From Escherichia coli (GTDB lineage: Bacteria; Pseudomonadota; Gammaproteobacteria; Enterobacterales; Enterobacteriaceae), in assembly GCF_044324875.1 (NCBI RefSeq), contig NZ_CP172185.1: DNA of 64,000 nt; one strand, given 5' to 3'. The notes under the pieces were generated by a model. That model saw only the letters and a list, made by a program, of their open reading frames with translations, made no database searches and was not told the origin of the DNA. Of this stretch, positions 48,190 to 60,268 are shown piece after piece. A program made the translations under genes and the position numbers. Position 1 is the first letter of the stretch. Each line of letters starts with the position of its first letter.

Positions 48190-48900
48190 TGCACAGAAAA
48201 CCCCCAGCTAGGCTGGGGGTTCCGGAAAGCTTTCAGCTTTGAGCCAGTTATTAAAACCCCTTTTGATTTGTTAAAACACCTTGCGGTCTGGCAACTGCAA
48301 GTGTCAAACAAGAAATCAAAAGGGGGTCCCAATGGGGAACGAAAAGAGCTTAGCGCACACCCGATGGAACTGTAAATATCACATAGTATTTGCGCCAAAA
48401 TACCGAAGACAGGTGTTCTACAGAGAGAAGCGTAGAGCAATAGGCTGTATTTTGAGAAAGCTGTGTGAGTGGAAAAGTGTACGGATTCTGGAAGCTGAAT
48501 GCTGTGCAGATCATATCCATATGCTTGTGGAGATCCCGCCCAAAATGAGCGTATCAGGCTTTATGGGATATCTGAAAGGGAAAAGCAGTCTGATGCTTTA
48601 CGAGCAGTTTGGTGATTTGAAATTCAAATACAGGAACAGGGAGTTCTGGTGCAGAGGGTATTACGTCGATACGGTGGGTAAGAACACGGCGAAGATACAG
48701 GATTACATAAAGCACCAGCTTGAAGAGGATAAAATGGGAGAGCAGTTATCGATTCCCTATCCGGGCAGCCCGTTTACGGGCCGTAAGTAACGAAGTTGGA
48801 TGCAAATGTCAGATCGTGTGCGCCTGTTAGGGCGCGGCTGGTAAGAGAGCCTTATAGGCGCATTTGAAAAACCTCCGGCTATGCCGGAGGATATTTATTC
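48190..48900 (+). mobile_element. IS200-like insertion sequence (IS200/IS605 family); boundaries approximate
   Basis: Roughly 0.7 kb block between the ompA terminator and the matP 3' end, encoding a Y1/HuH transposase and carrying subterminal hairpins cccccagctaggctggggg (48201..48219) and cctccggctatgccggagg (48872..48890). Confidence 0.8.
48332..48790 (+). CDS. tnpA: IS200 transposase TnpA (Y1 HuH)
   Basis: 152 aa MGNEKSLAHTRWNCKYHIVFAPKYRRQVFY...HIHMLVEIPP...; the HxH motif and conserved Tyr are typical of IS200/IS605 TnpA. Confidence 0.9.
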   Translation: MGNEKSLAHTRWNCKYHIVFAPKYRRQVFYREKRRAIGCILRKLCEWKSVRILEAECCADHIHMLVEIPPKMSVSGFMGYLKGKSSLMLYEQFGDLKFKYRNREFWCRGYYVDTVGKNTAKIQDYIKHQLEEDKMGEQLSIPYPGSPFTGRK

Positions 48901-48931
48901 GTCTTTAGAAAATTGAACTGACTTTCGTCAG

Positions 48932-49384
48932 TTATTCCTTACCCAGCAATGCCTGCAGATCCTGCTTCAAAGAAGACATTTTATTCGCGTATTTCTCTTT
49001 GTTTTCCGCATCTTCAATCAGCTGAACAATCGTTTCAGAAAGCGTTTTACCGCGACGCTGCGCAAGACCAGCCAGACGTTGCCAGACAATAAATTCCAGA
49101 TCGATCGATTTTTTGCGCGTATGCTGGTGTTCCGCATTAAAATGGCGCTTCCGTCTGGCCCGAATGGTTTGCTTCATGCGATTGACCAGTTCCGGATTCA
49201 TATGCTTGTCAATCCAGCCATTTACCAGCACGGGTTCATTTTCCAGCGAGAGCAACACATCGACGGCTTCCTGGGCGGCACTGGCTTCTATGTAACGGGT
49301 GATTAACTCCCCTTCGCGATGCTTCTTCACCAGATACTTCCATTTCCAACCGCTTTCAAGATTTTCAAGTTGTTGATATTTCAT
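48932..49384 (-). CDS. matP: Macrodomain Ter protein MatP
   Basis: 150 aa [52 protein letters not shown]... Confidence 0.95.
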
Positions 49385-49569
49385 AGCGATCTCAATGTTA
49401 CCGTGTAACTCTTTACAGAATATCAGCTTTTTAGGCCAGTGAAGAAAAGAATCTCCATCCTGTGAGCTTTAACGCCCATGCCAGGAGTATTGTCGGTGCT
49501 TTCTACGTGTGCTGCAGTGCCGGTTACGGTATAATCGCGGCTTTGACAACAGACTAAAAAACATCAACT

Positions 49570-51330
49570 TTGACCATTACGAAACTTGCATGGCGTGACC
49601 TGGTTCCTGATACCGATAGCTATCAGGAAATATTTGCTCAGCCACATTTGATTGACGAAAACGATCCTTTATTCAGTGATACTCAACCGCGACTACAATT
49701 TGCGCTGGAGCAGTTGCTGCATACGCGAGCATCCTCCTCTTTTATGCTGGCGAAGGCCCCGGAAGAGTCTGAGTATCTGAATCTTATTGCCGATGCCGCG
49801 CGTGCGCTACAAAGCGATGCAGGCCAACTGGTGGGCGGTCACTATGAGGTTTCCGGGCACACCATCCGCTTACGTAACGCAGTGAGTGCAGATGATAATT
49901 TTGCGACTTTAACGCAAGTTGTCGCTGCCGACTGGGTAGAAGCGGAGCAACTCTTTGGCTGCCTGCGCCAGTTTAATGGCGACATTACCCTGCAGCCAGG
50001 TCTGGTGCATCAGGCAAATGGCGGTATTCTCATCATCTCTTTGCGTACACTGCTGGTGCAACCTCTGCTGTGGATGCGGCTGAAAAATATCGTTAACCGC
50101 GGGCGTTTTGACTGGGTTGCGTTTGATGAGTCGCGCCCTCTCCCCGTCTCTGTGCCTTCGATGCCATTGAAGCTGAAAGTCATTCTGGTAGGCGAACGCG
50201 AATCATTGGCTGATTTCCAGGAGATGGAACCAGAGCTTTCAGAGCAGGCTATTTATAGCGAATTTGAAGATACTCTGCAGATTGTCGATACGGAGTCAGT
50301 AAGCCAGTGGTGTCGCTGGGTAACATTGACCGCAAGACATAATCACTTACCTGCACCGGGAGCGGATGCCTGGCCGGTACTTATCCGCGAAGCAGCCCGC
50401 TACACCGGTGAACAAGAAACACTTCCGCTTAGCCCGCAGTGGATCCTCCGCCAGTGTAAAGAGGTCGCCTCCCTGTGCGATGGCGACACCTTCTCCGGCG
50501 AGCAGATAAACTTAATGCTACAGCAGCGTGAATGGCGCGAAGGTTTCCTCGCTGAACGCATGCAGGATGAGATTCTTCAGGAGCAAATCCTGATTGAAAC
50601 CGAAGGCGAACGCATCGGGCAAATTAACGCCCTTTCGGTCATTGAATTTCCGGGTCATCCACGCGCTTTTGGCGAACCTTCTCGCATTAGCTGCGTTGTG
50701 CATATTGGCGATGGTGAATTCACCGACATCGAACGCAAAGCGGAGCTTGGCGGCAATATCCATGCGAAAGGGATGATGATCATGCAGGCGTTCCTGATGT
50801 CGGAACTACAGCTTGAGCAACAGATCCCCTTCTCAGCATCGCTGACATTTGAGCAGTCATACAGTGAAGTGGATGGCGATAGTGCCTCGATGGCTGAACT
50901 CTGCGCCCTGATAAGCGCCCTCGCCGATGTGCCGGTGAATCAGAGTATCGCTATCACAGGTTCAGTCGATCAGTTCGGTCGTGCCCAGCCGGTCGGTGGT
51001 TTAAATGAGAAAATCGAAGGCTTCTTTGCTATTTGCCAGCAACGTGAGTTAACCGGGAAACAAGGTGTCATTATCCCCACTGCTAACGTTCGCCATTTAA
51101 GTCTTCCCAGTGAACTGTTGAAAGCGGTAGAGGAAGGCAAATTCACCATCTGGGCAGTAGACGATGTGACTGACGCACTGCCGTTATTATTAAATCTGGT
51201 GTGGGATGGCGAAGGCCAAACGACGCTGATGCAAACCATCCAGGAACGTATCGCGCAAGCATCGCAACAGGAAGGACGTCACCGTTTTCCATGGCCATTA
51301 CGTTGGCTGAACTGGTTTATTCCGAACTGA
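49570..51330 (+). CDS. ycbZ: Lon-like protease YcbZ
   Basis: 586 aa; C-terminal Lon protease domain with motifs [17 protein letters not shown] and TGSVDQFG. Confidence 0.9.
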
Positions 51331-51398
51331 TCGGACTTGTTCAGCGTACACGTGTTAGCTATCCTGCGTGCTTCAATAAAATAAGGCTTACAGAGAAC

Positions 51399-51917
51399 AT
51401 GGTAGATAAACGCGAATCCTATACAAAAGAAGACCTTCTTGCCTCTGGTCGCGGTGAACTGTTTGGCGCTAAAGGTCCGCAATTGCCAGCACCGAACATG
51501 CTGATGATGGACCGTGTGGTCAAAATGACCGAAACGGGTGGTAACTTCGACAAAGGGTATGTTGAAGCAGAACTGGATATCAATCCGGATCTGTGGTTCT
51601 TCGGATGCCACTTCATTGGCGATCCGGTTATGCCGGGATGCCTGGGCCTGGACGCAATGTGGCAGCTGGTAGGGTTCTACCTCGGCTGGCTGGGCGGCGA
51701 AGGTAAAGGCCGCGCGCTGGGCGTTGGCGAAGTGAAATTCACCGGTCAGGTACTGCCGACAGCGAAAAAAGTGACCTACCGTATTCACTTTAAACGCATT
51801 GTTAACCGTCGTCTGATTATGGGCCTGGCGGATGGCGAAGTGCTGGTTGATGGTCGTTTGATCTATACCGCCAGCGACCTGAAAGTCGGTCTGTTCCAGG
51901 ATACGTCTGCCTTCTGA
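51399..51917 (+). CDS. fabA: 3-hydroxydecanoyl-ACP dehydratase/isomerase FabA
   Basis: 172 aa [48 protein letters not shown]... Confidence 0.95.
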
Positions 51918-51944
51918 TTATAATCAGACATAGTATCAAAAGGC

Positions 51945-51975
51945 GAAACCTCCGCAATGCGGAGGTTTCTTTTTA
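51945..51975. terminator. Bidirectional terminator between fabA and rmf
   Basis: gaaacctccgcaatgcggaggtttc hairpin followed by tttttaa. Confidence 0.7.
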
Positions 51976-51986
51976 AAGAGACAGAA

Positions 51987-52154
51987 TCAGGCCATTACTA
52001 CCCTGTCCGCCATGGCTTCTCGCCAGCCTCCCAGCCATTGTGACCTTTGATTCAGCGTCTGATAGGGACACATTTCTTTTGAGCGTCCGGCGATGCCGGC
52101 CTGATAACCACGTTGATGTGCCCGTTCCAGGCGATCTCGTTTTTGTCTCTTCAT
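51987..52154 (-). CDS. rmf: Ribosome modulation factor
   Basis: Manual reverse translation gives MKRQKRDRLERAHQRGYQAGIAGRSKEMCPYQTLNQRSQWLGGWREAMADRVVMA (55 aa); the ORF track shows only an out-of-frame ORF here. Confidence 0.85.
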   Translation of the reverse strand: MKRQKRDRLERAHQRGYQAGIAGRSKEMCPYQTLNQRSQWLGGWREAMADRVVMA

Positions 52155-52409
52155 GCCTCGTTTCCCTCATACTGGTTTCTGGTGGAAAAGAAAACAGTGA
52201 TTACTAAATGTGCAATCACAGTTAAGCAATACCGCGAATCATAACTGCCGTCAATGCGCAAAATTCACGCCACTGTCATATTTGTGAGCTACACGGGCAT
52301 GTCGGTTGTACAAAAAATGTGAAGAGGAACAACTTTTTCCGCAAGTTAGAAACAAAAAAACCGCCTCAGGCAACATACCGGAGACGGTTATATTTACAAA
52401 TCTTTATGA

Positions 52410-52973
52410 TTACGGTAGACGCTTTATCTCTTGCGCAATAGAAGCGGCTTCCTGACTCCAGACACTGGCCAGCACTTTAACCATTTCATCGTAACCATCC
52501 TGAGTTTGCACCCCTTCCAGACGGAACGGACGTTTGATCAGTTGTCCCTGGTGGTTCAACAGCCACTCACCACTGACAATGACCTTGCCATCATATCGCC
52601 CGTTAAACTCCGTTACGGTAACATTGAGCGTATCCTGGGCGCTTCCCAGAGGCTGGGAGGCAACCACCCAGCCGGGCAGTTGCGTGCTCAGGTTGGCAAC
52701 CAGAGTGTTGCGCAACTGTTGATCCAACGGGCTGGCCCACAAGTTGTTGTTGGCAATCACATACTTCACATCACTGGTTTGATAAACCACACCATTCCCC
52801 GCCAGATAGTCAGGAACAGTGACCTGCTCTACCCATAACAGGCGATTACCCTGGCTGGCGGTACTTTGTGTACCGCTCTGCACCACAGGTAACTGGTAAT
52901 AGTTTTTATTAATTTCGCCGGAGCTGCATCCGGCCAGCCACAGTGCTGCAATCGTCACTAGCCACTTTTTCAT
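52410..52973 (-). CDS. pqiC: Lipoprotein PqiC (YmbA)
   Basis: 187 aa with lipobox MKKWLVTIAALWLAGCSS. Confidence 0.9.
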   Translation of the reverse strand: MKKWLVTIAALWLAGCSSGEINKNYYQLPVVQSGTQSTASQGNRLLWVEQVTVPDYLAGNGVVYQTSDVKYVIANNNLWASPLDQQLRNTLVANLSTQLPGWVVASQPLGSAQDTLNVTVTEFNGRYDGKVIVSGEWLLNHQGQLIKRPFRLEGVQTQDGYDEMVKVLASVWSQEAASIAQEIKRLP

Positions 52974-54610
52974 TGTTTCGCCCTCTTCGGCTCTGGATCT
53001 TTTTTGTCCTTCGCTTCAAATACCAGCGCGTTACTCTTCTCATTGAGCGTTTTCAGCACCGGTTGCAGTTCTCGCAACACCTGATCAAGGCGCTGCATAT
53101 CCGCCACCATCTTGTTGTAGGCTGCGGAGCCAGGCTGGAAGCCCTGCATGCTGCGATTCAATTCACGCAACGTTGACTGCATATCCGTCGGCAACTGCTG
53201 CATCGACTGGCTGGCGAGGATCTTGTTCATGCTATCCAGCGTCGTTTGCAGGTTTTTCATTGTGCGCTGACTTTCAGAAAGCGTACTGGTTGCCTGTTCA
53301 ATCATCGGATTCAATGGCAGTTTGTTGATCTTATCCAACGCTTCCATCAGTCGTTGCTGGATTTGCGCCAGACCGCCGCTAACGGTCGGGATAATCTGAT
53401 AGCCATTAAATTCACGAATACCGGTTATTGCAGGCGTATTTGGATAGAAATCGAGATCAACATACAGTGCGCCAGTGACCAGGTTTCCGGTTTTCAGCGA
53501 TCCGCGTAAACCACGTTTCAACAATTCGCCAAGGTGCTCAACAACATCCGCATTTTCGCCAAGCTGCATTTTCAGCCGCTCTGGCTCGATACGAATCAGT
53601 ACCGGAATACGGTAATCATCGTTAAATGTCTGACGCATATTCGGCGCAAAGAATGGCACTTTGCTTACGGTACCCAGGCGAATACCCCGGAATTCTACCG
53701 GAGCTCCCGGTTGCAGACCGCGTACCGAATCTTTAAAGAACATCAGATAATCAATGTGATCGGTGTACAACGAATCCTGAATGCTCTTCTGATCATCATA
53801 CAAAACGAAAGCTGTTTTCGGTGCCACTGGCTGCCCTAAATCCAGACCTTCCGGCACATCAAAGCTGACACCGCCACTAAGCAGCGTTGTCAATGAGCCC
53901 ATCTCCACACGCATCCCCGCTGACGTCAGATCAACCGCAATGCCACTATCTTTCCAGAAGCGAACATTGCTGGTCACCAGTCGGTCATAAGGTGCATTGA
54001 TGAACAGTTGATAGCTGATATTGCGTTTTTGCGTATCGAAGGTGCTGGTTTCAACCGAACCTACCCGATAGCCACGGAACAGCACGGGATCTCCTGGCGA
54101 GAGCTGCCCGGCTTTTTTGCTATCGAGAATCACACGGATACCTTTCGCATCAGGCGGGGCCAACGGTGGCGAGTCCAGCAAATCGTATTTATCCATTTTG
54201 CTGCCTTTCGCGCCTGGCTGCAGTTCGATATAAACCCCAGACAGCAGCGTTCCCAGGCCGCTAATCCCTTCTCGACCAATCTGCGGTTTCACCACCCAAA
54301 AGACGGTATCTTTATGCAGCAATTTTTCCATACCGGAATTCAGCCGCGCTTTGATTTCAACGTGCGTCAAATCATCAGCCAGTGTGGCGCTTTCAACCAC
54401 GCCGACGTCAACGCTACGGCTTTTAATGGTGGTTTTACCACCTTCAATTCCTTCCGCATTCGCGGTGATCAGGGTCACTTCCGGCCCCTGATGGCTGTAA
54501 TGATAAAATAGAACCCAGGCCCCAATGAGCGCCGTGACGATAGGAAATATCCACACGGGAGACCAGTTCTTCACTTTCTGGATTTTGGCTTCCCCATTAT
54601 TAGATTCCAT
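52970..54610 (-). CDS. pqiB: MCE-domain protein PqiB
   Basis: 546 aa from MESNNGEAKIQKVKNWSPVWIFPIV... Confidence 0.9.
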   Translation of the reverse strand: MESNNGEAKIQKVKNWSPVWIFPIVTALIGAWVLFYHYSHQGPEVTLITANAEGIEGGKTTIKSRSVDVGVVESATLADDLTHVEIKARLNSGMEKLLHKDTVFWVVKPQIGREGISGLGTLLSGVYIELQPGAKGSKMDKYDLLDSPPLAPPDAKGIRVILDSKKAGQLSPGDPVLFRGYRVGSVETSTFDTQKRNISYQLFINAPYDRLVTSNVRFWKDSGIAVDLTSAGMRVEMGSLTTLLSGGVSFDVPEGLDLGQPVAPKTAFVLYDDQKSIQDSLYTDHIDYLMFFKDSVRGLQPGAPVEFRGIRLGTVSKVPFFAPNMRQTFNDDYRIPVLIRIEPERLKMQLGENADVVEHLGELLKRGLRGSLKTGNLVTGALYVDLDFYPNTPAITGIREFNGYQIIPTVSGGLAQIQQRLMEALDKINKLPLNPMIEQATSTLSESQRTMKNLQTTLDSMNKILASQSMQQLPTDMQSTLRELNRSMQGFQPGSAAYNKMVADMQRLDQVLRELQPVLKTLNEKSNALVFEAKDKKDPEPKRAKQ

Positions 54611-54614
54611 ACTG

Positions 54615-55868
54615 TCAGGACTCCTCATGCTCTGATTCAGGTTGACGATCCCACGACAAACGCGGGTCAAACGTCATAGCAGAAAACATTGTCATTATGA
54701 CGACTAAAGCAAACATTAATGCACCCATTGCCGGATAAATACTCATTAAACCTCCCATACGCACCAGCGCCGAGAGCACCGCGATAACGAAAACGTCAAT
54801 CATCGACCAGCGGCCTACAAACTCAACAACTTCATAAATCAAATGCATTCTTTCACTGTCGCGCTTGCCATGCCCTTTGGCATCCCAACACAACCACGCT
54901 ATGGCGATCATCTTTAACGTTGGCACCATAATACTGGCCAGAAAGATAACCGCAGCGACGGGATAAGATCCTTCGCTCCATAACAGGATGACCCCAGCGA
55001 GAATCGTCGATGGCATCTTCGAGCCTAATAAATCCGTCACCATGATGGGCAAAATATTAGCCGGAAGATACAGCATGATGGACGTAACAAGCAGCGCGAG
55101 TGTCCATTGCAGGCTGTTTCTACGTCGAACGTACCCTTTGGTACTACAACGCGGGCACACGGGTTCGTCAGCAGGAAGGATTGCCGTACAACAGGAGCAC
55201 GAACGCAGCCCCTGACGTATCCCCGTGACGCCAGGTTTTAGCGGCTGGCGCAGTTCTGGCATCGGGGCGATATCGTCCCATAACCAGCGACGATCAACGC
55301 ACTGAAAGGCGCGCAGTTGCAGGACACAAAATAAACACCAGGGGAGAAAGCTGCTGCCGACACCAATGCTGCCGTAGGCCATCAGTTTAACGAAACTGAC
55401 CAGCACACCCGCGAGGAAAATCTCCGCCATTCCCCAGGTTTTGAGTTGAAAAAGCACCCGTGCCAGTTGCTCTTTTAAACGGACCGGTAATTCCGCGCGA
55501 TTCACCAGTAACAGAATGGTTATCAGACAAAACGCGGGAACCAGTTGCACAAACAACAGGAAAAAGGTGCCGAGGCTGGCGTAGTCCTCAGAAAAAAGCA
55601 CGCCGGGAATTTCCAGTAATGTAATTTCACTGGTGACTCCCGCAACGTTCATATTCACAAAAGGAAACAAGTTGGACAGCAACAGCATGAACAGTGCAGC
55701 CAACGCATAGGCGGTGGGACGCTGCCGAGGGGCATCCCACGCCACGGTTAACGTTGTGCCACACCGGGGACATGCCGCTTTCTGACCATGCTCAAGGCGC
55801 GGTAACGCCACCAGCATGTCACACTGCGAGCACAGGATGTGCTTCGCGGCATGATGATGTTCGCACAT
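54615..55868 (-). CDS. pqiA: Paraquat-inducible membrane protein PqiA
   Basis: 417 aa with paired CxxC motifs and transmembrane segments. Confidence 0.9.
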   Translation of the reverse strand: MCEHHHAAKHILCSQCDMLVALPRLEHGQKAACPRCGTTLTVAWDAPRQRPTAYALAALFMLLLSNLFPFVNMNVAGVTSEITLLEIPGVLFSEDYASLGTFFLLFVQLVPAFCLITILLLVNRAELPVRLKEQLARVLFQLKTWGMAEIFLAGVLVSFVKLMAYGSIGVGSSFLPWCLFCVLQLRAFQCVDRRWLWDDIAPMPELRQPLKPGVTGIRQGLRSCSCCTAILPADEPVCPRCSTKGYVRRRNSLQWTLALLVTSIMLYLPANILPIMVTDLLGSKMPSTILAGVILLWSEGSYPVAAVIFLASIMVPTLKMIAIAWLCWDAKGHGKRDSERMHLIYEVVEFVGRWSMIDVFVIAVLSALVRMGGLMSIYPAMGALMFALVVIMTMFSAMTFDPRLSWDRQPESEHEES

Positions 55869-55997
55869 TGGTACTCCTTAATGATGCGCTATTTTACAGA
55901 TGACTAACAAAGTGTTGGTTTTCATGCCTGATAAACCCAGTTCATCAGGCAATTTTACCGTTGTCAGCCGTCTCTGTTTAAATCGACTATTTTGCGA

Positions 55998-57905
55998 TCA
56001 GCCACCATTTTTTAACGCTTCAAGATACTCCCAGCGTTCAAAGGCTTGCTCCAGCTCCTGCTCTGCAGCAGCCATATCGGCGAGCACTTTTTGCGTCTGC
56101 TCATGGGGCTGAGTGAAGAAGGAAGCATCCGCCACCTGCGTCTGTAGGGCTTCCAGCTTCGCCTCCAGATCTTCGAGCAATTGCGGTAGCTGCTCCAGTT
56201 CGCGCTGCAATTTATAGCTTAGTTTGCTACTGCTGCGTTTTACAGTTTCTGCTTTTGGCGCGGCGGCTTCTTCGATTTTTTTCACCGCAGGCTGTTTGAG
56301 CGCCACATACTGTTCTTGCTGACCACGGGCATCATGATAACCGCCGACATAACGACCAATTTTACCGCCGCCTTCGAAGATCCAGCATTCTGTAACGGTG
56401 TTATCGACAAACTGACGATCGTGGCTCACCAGCAATACCGTGCCCTGGTAGCTGTCGATCAGTTCTTCCAGCAGTTCCAGCGTTTCAACATCAAGATCGT
56501 TGGTCGGTTCGTCAAGAATCAATAAGTTGCTTGGTTTGAGGAACAAACGCGCCAACAACAAGCGGTTACGCTCACCGCCAGAAAGCGCACGTACCGGCGT
56601 CATCGCCCGTTTCGGATGGAACAGGAAGTCCTGCAAATAGCCCAAAACATGGCGTGGCTTGCCGTTAACCATCACCTCTTGCTTACCTTCAGCAAGGTTA
56701 TCCATCACCGTTTTATCGGGATCCAGTTCCGCACGGTGCTGATCGAAATAAGCCACTTCCAGTTTGGTGCCAACGTGAATACGCCCGCTGTCCGCCTGAA
56801 GCTGACCGAGCATCAGTTTCAGCAGCGTGGTTTTGCCGCATCCATTCGGACCAATCAGGGCAATTTTGTCGCCACGTAGAACCTGGGCAGAAAAATCTTT
56901 CACCAGTTGCTTACCGTCGACCTGGTAGCAAACGTCTTCCATTTCGAAAACGATCTTACCGGAGCGGCTGGCCTCTTCCACCTGCATCTTTGCGGTACCC
57001 ATCACTTCGCGACGTTCGCCACGCTCGCGACGCATTGCTTTCAGGGCGCGTACGCGGCCTTCATTACGGGTACGGCGTGCTTTGATCCCCTGGCGGATCC
57101 ACACCTCTTCCTGCGCCAGTTTGCGATCGAACTCGGCATTTTGTAGTTCTTCCACACGCAGAGCTTCTTCTTTTTCCAGCAGGTACTGGTCGTAATTCCC
57201 TGGATAGGTCACAAGTTTGCCGCGATCGAGATCAACAATGCGCGTCGCCATATTGCGGATAAACGAACGGTCGTGGGAGATGAAAATTATCGTCCCATTG
57301 AAGGTTTTGAGAAACCCTTCCAGCCAGTCGATGGTTTCGATATCCAGGTGGTTAGTCGGTTCGTCGAGCAGCAATACGCGCGGATTGCTCACCAGCGCGC
57401 GTCCTAATGCCGCTTTACGCAACCAACCGCCGGAAAGCGACGACAGCGCAACATTAGGATCTAACCCCAGTTGCGCCAGCACTTCGTTGATGCGGTTTTC
57501 CAGCTGCCACAGGTTGTGGTGATCCAGCTGTTCCTGAACCTTCGCCAGTTCGTTGAGATTTTTCTCGCTCGGGTCGTTCATCACCAGGCGCGAAATATCG
57601 TGATAGCGTTTCAGGTATTCCGCTTGTTCTTCAATGCCTTCGGCAACGAAATCATAAACGCTACCCTCAACGTTACGCGGCGGATCCTGTTGCAGACGAG
57701 CGACAATCAAATCTTGCTCGTAAATAATGCGACCGTCATCCAGCCCCTGTTCACGGTTGAGGATTTTCATTAACGTCGATTTGCCTGCGCCGTTGCGGCC
57801 CACCAGACAAACACGTTCGTTATCTTCGATATGCAGTTCTGCGTTATCGAGAAGCGGCGCGTCGCTGAACGACAGCCATGCGCCATGCATACTGATTAAT
57901 GACAT
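55998..57905 (-). CDS. uup: ABC-F ATPase Uup
   Basis: 635 aa with two ABC cassettes (GRNGAGKST, GPNGCGKTT) and a C-terminal coiled coil. Confidence 0.95.
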   Translation of the reverse strand: MSLISMHGAWLSFSDAPLLDNAELHIEDNERVCLVGRNGAGKSTLMKILNREQGLDDGRIIYEQDLIVARLQQDPPRNVEGSVYDFVAEGIEEQAEYLKRYHDISRLVMNDPSEKNLNELAKVQEQLDHHNLWQLENRINEVLAQLGLDPNVALSSLSGGWLRKAALGRALVSNPRVLLLDEPTNHLDIETIDWLEGFLKTFNGTIIFISHDRSFIRNMATRIVDLDRGKLVTYPGNYDQYLLEKEEALRVEELQNAEFDRKLAQEEVWIRQGIKARRTRNEGRVRALKAMRRERGERREVMGTAKMQVEEASRSGKIVFEMEDVCYQVDGKQLVKDFSAQVLRGDKIALIGPNGCGKTTLLKLMLGQLQADSGRIHVGTKLEVAYFDQHRAELDPDKTVMDNLAEGKQEVMVNGKPRHVLGYLQDFLFHPKRAMTPVRALSGGERNRLLLARLFLKPSNLLILDEPTNDLDVETLELLEELIDSYQGTVLLVSHDRQFVDNTVTECWIFEGGGKIGRYVGGYHDARGQQEQYVALKQPAVKKIEEAAAPKAETVKRSSSKLSYKLQRELEQLPQLLEDLEAKLEALQTQVADASFFTQPHEQTQKVLADMAAAEQELEQAFERWEYLEALKNGG

Positions 57906-57916
57906 TACTATTCCTT

Positions 57917-60025
57917 TCAGGCTGCGGTAATCAGCCAGCAGTTGTGGATCTGGCGGTTACGGGCGAAATCCTGGGAGAGCGTTTTTTGCGTAATTTCTTG
58001 TGCTTTCAGTCCTAGTTTTGCCAGTCCGTCAAGATCCATACGGAAGCCACGTTTGTTGTTCGAGAACATTATCGTCCCACCAGCACGCAGCAGACGTTTC
58101 AAATCTTTCATCAGCGCCAGATGATCGCGCTGAACATCAAACGCATCTTCCATTCGTTTTGAGTTAGAGAAGGTTGGCGGATCGATAAAGATCAGATCGA
58201 ACTGTTCATTTGCCTCACGCAGCCACGCCAGGCAATCGGCCTGAATCAGGCGATGCGCACGCCCGGTTAGGCCATTCAGACGCAGGTTGCGTTCTGCCCA
58301 CTCCAGATAAGTACGCGACATATCCACGGTGGTGGTGCTGCGTGCACCGCCTAATCCCGCATGCACGGTGGCACTGCCGGTATAAGAGAACAGGTTGAGG
58401 AAATCTTTGCCTTTGCTCATCTGACCGAGCATACGGCGGGCGATACGGTGATCGAGGAACAGACCAGTATCGAGATAATCCGTCAGGTTCACCCACAAGT
58501 GAGCGTTATATTCGGTAACTTCAAGAAACTCGCCCTTCTCGCCCAGTTTCTGGTACTGGTTTTTGCCCTTCTGGCGTTCGCGGGTTTTCAGTACCAGTTT
58601 GTTTGGCGCAATCCCCAGTACCGAAATGGTTGCAGCGATAATATCGAACAGACGCTGACGCGCTTTGTGCGCATCAATAGTTTTTGGCGGCGCATACTCC
58701 TGCACCACCACCCAATCGGCGTAGCGGTCAACTGCAACGTTGTATTCCGGTAGATCGGCGTCGTACAGGCGGTAGCATTCAATGCCTTCCTGACGCGCCC
58801 ACTTCTCGAATTTTTTGAGGTTCTTACGCAGACGGTTGGCGTAGTCTTCTGCCACCATTGCCGGTTTGCTGTCTGGTGTGCTTTCGGCAACGTGGTAATT
58901 TTTCTGCACGCAGTCTAATGGACCGTTTTTCGCTTTGTACTGTTTGTCTGCACGCAACTGCAGGCAACTTAACAGATCCGGCGAGGCACTGAATAAAGAG
59001 AGATTCCAGCCGCCGAACTGGTTTTTCATGATTCGGCCCAGCAGGCTATGCAGCGCAATCAGCGCCGGTTCGCTGTCCAGACGTTCACCGTATGGCGGGT
59101 TGCTCAACACTGTACCGTACGGCCCTTTCGGCAGCGGATTGGTCAGTTGCGCGACATCTTTCACCTCAAAGGTGATCAGTTCACCAATCCCCGCAAGACG
59201 GGCGTTAGTGCGCGCACGTTGAATCACCCGTGCGTCGCTGTCCGAACCGTAAAAATGAGAGCTATACTCAGCCAGGCCTTTACGGGCGCGAGTTTGCGCT
59301 TCCGCTTTCACTTCCTGCCAGATAGCTTCATCATGCTGCGCCCAGCCGCTAAAGCCCCAACGCCCACGGTGCAAGCCTGGTGCGCGATCGGTCGCCAGCA
59401 TCGCCGCTTCAATCAGCAACGTACCGGAACCACACATCGGATCGAGCAGCGGTGTTCCTGGCTGCCAGCCGGATCGCATCACAATAGCGGCTGCCAGGGT
59501 TTCTTTGATCGGCGCAATACCAGCACGATCGCGATAGCCACGCAGATGTAAACCATCACCACTGAGATCAAGGGCGATACTGGCGGTTTCTTTATGCAGC
59601 CAGACGTTAACGCGGATATCCGGCGCATCACGATCAACATTTGGACGCGGCAGATTTTTCCGCGTGAAAGCATCGACAATCGCGTCTTTCACTTTCATCG
59701 CACCGTACTGACTGTTGCGGATGGTGTCATTCAAACCACTGAAGTGGACAGCGAAGGTCGCGCCAGGATTAAACATCTCTGTCCAGTTGATCGCCTGAAC
59801 ACCGAGATAGAGGTCTAAATCGCTGTAAACCTTACACTCGCCCAGCGGCAACATAATACGCGAGGCCAGGCGGCTCCACATCAGGCTCTGGTAAACAAGC
59901 CGTGTGTCGCCCTTGAAATGGACCCCACCCTGAACCACCTGGCATTCAACGGCCCCCAGGTTTTCCAGTTCAGTTTTTAACAGCTCTTCCAGCCCACGGG
60001 CCGTACTGGCAAACAGAGAATTCAT
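57917..60025 (-). CDS. rlmL: Bifunctional 23S rRNA methyltransferase RlmKL
   Basis: 702 aa [34 protein letters not shown]... Confidence 0.95.
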   Translation of the reverse strand: MNSLFASTARGLEELLKTELENLGAVECQVVQGGVHFKGDTRLVYQSLMWSRLASRIMLPLGECKVYSDLDLYLGVQAINWTEMFNPGATFAVHFSGLNDTIRNSQYGAMKVKDAIVDAFTRKNLPRPNVDRDAPDIRVNVWLHKETASIALDLSGDGLHLRGYRDRAGIAPIKETLAAAIVMRSGWQPGTPLLDPMCGSGTLLIEAAMLATDRAPGLHRGRWGFSGWAQHDEAIWQEVKAEAQTRARKGLAEYSSHFYGSDSDARVIQRARTNARLAGIGELITFEVKDVAQLTNPLPKGPYGTVLSNPPYGERLDSEPALIALHSLLGRIMKNQFGGWNLSLFSASPDLLSCLQLRADKQYKAKNGPLDCVQKNYHVAESTPDSKPAMVAEDYANRLRKNLKKFEKWARQEGIECYRLYDADLPEYNVAVDRYADWVVVQEYAPPKTIDAHKARQRLFDIIAATISVLGIAPNKLVLKTRERQKGKNQYQKLGEKGEFLEVTEYNAHLWVNLTDYLDTGLFLDHRIARRMLGQMSKGKDFLNLFSYTGSATVHAGLGGARSTTTVDMSRTYLEWAERNLRLNGLTGRAHRLIQADCLAWLREANEQFDLIFIDPPTFSNSKRMEDAFDVQRDHLALMKDLKRLLRAGGTIMFSNNKRGFRMDLDGLAKLGLKAQEITQKTLSQDFARNRQIHNCWLITAA

Positions 60026-60268
60026 ATCGTCACTTTTACTCTAAGAGCCTACCGCAGTAGGCGTAATTGTTGCAGTCAGTCTGGACATGGACAGCGCGGA
60101 GAAACCGGAGCGTACACAAGTACGTGAGGATTTCGAGCACTTCCCTGGGCCAAACTGACAAATAAAATAGCCTAATGGGACAGGCGCTAAGAAAATTGTT
60201 GCGCATTATAGCTAATAAGCGCGTCATGTCATAAAGTTGAGGGCTTATTTTCATTTGAGGACCGCATC

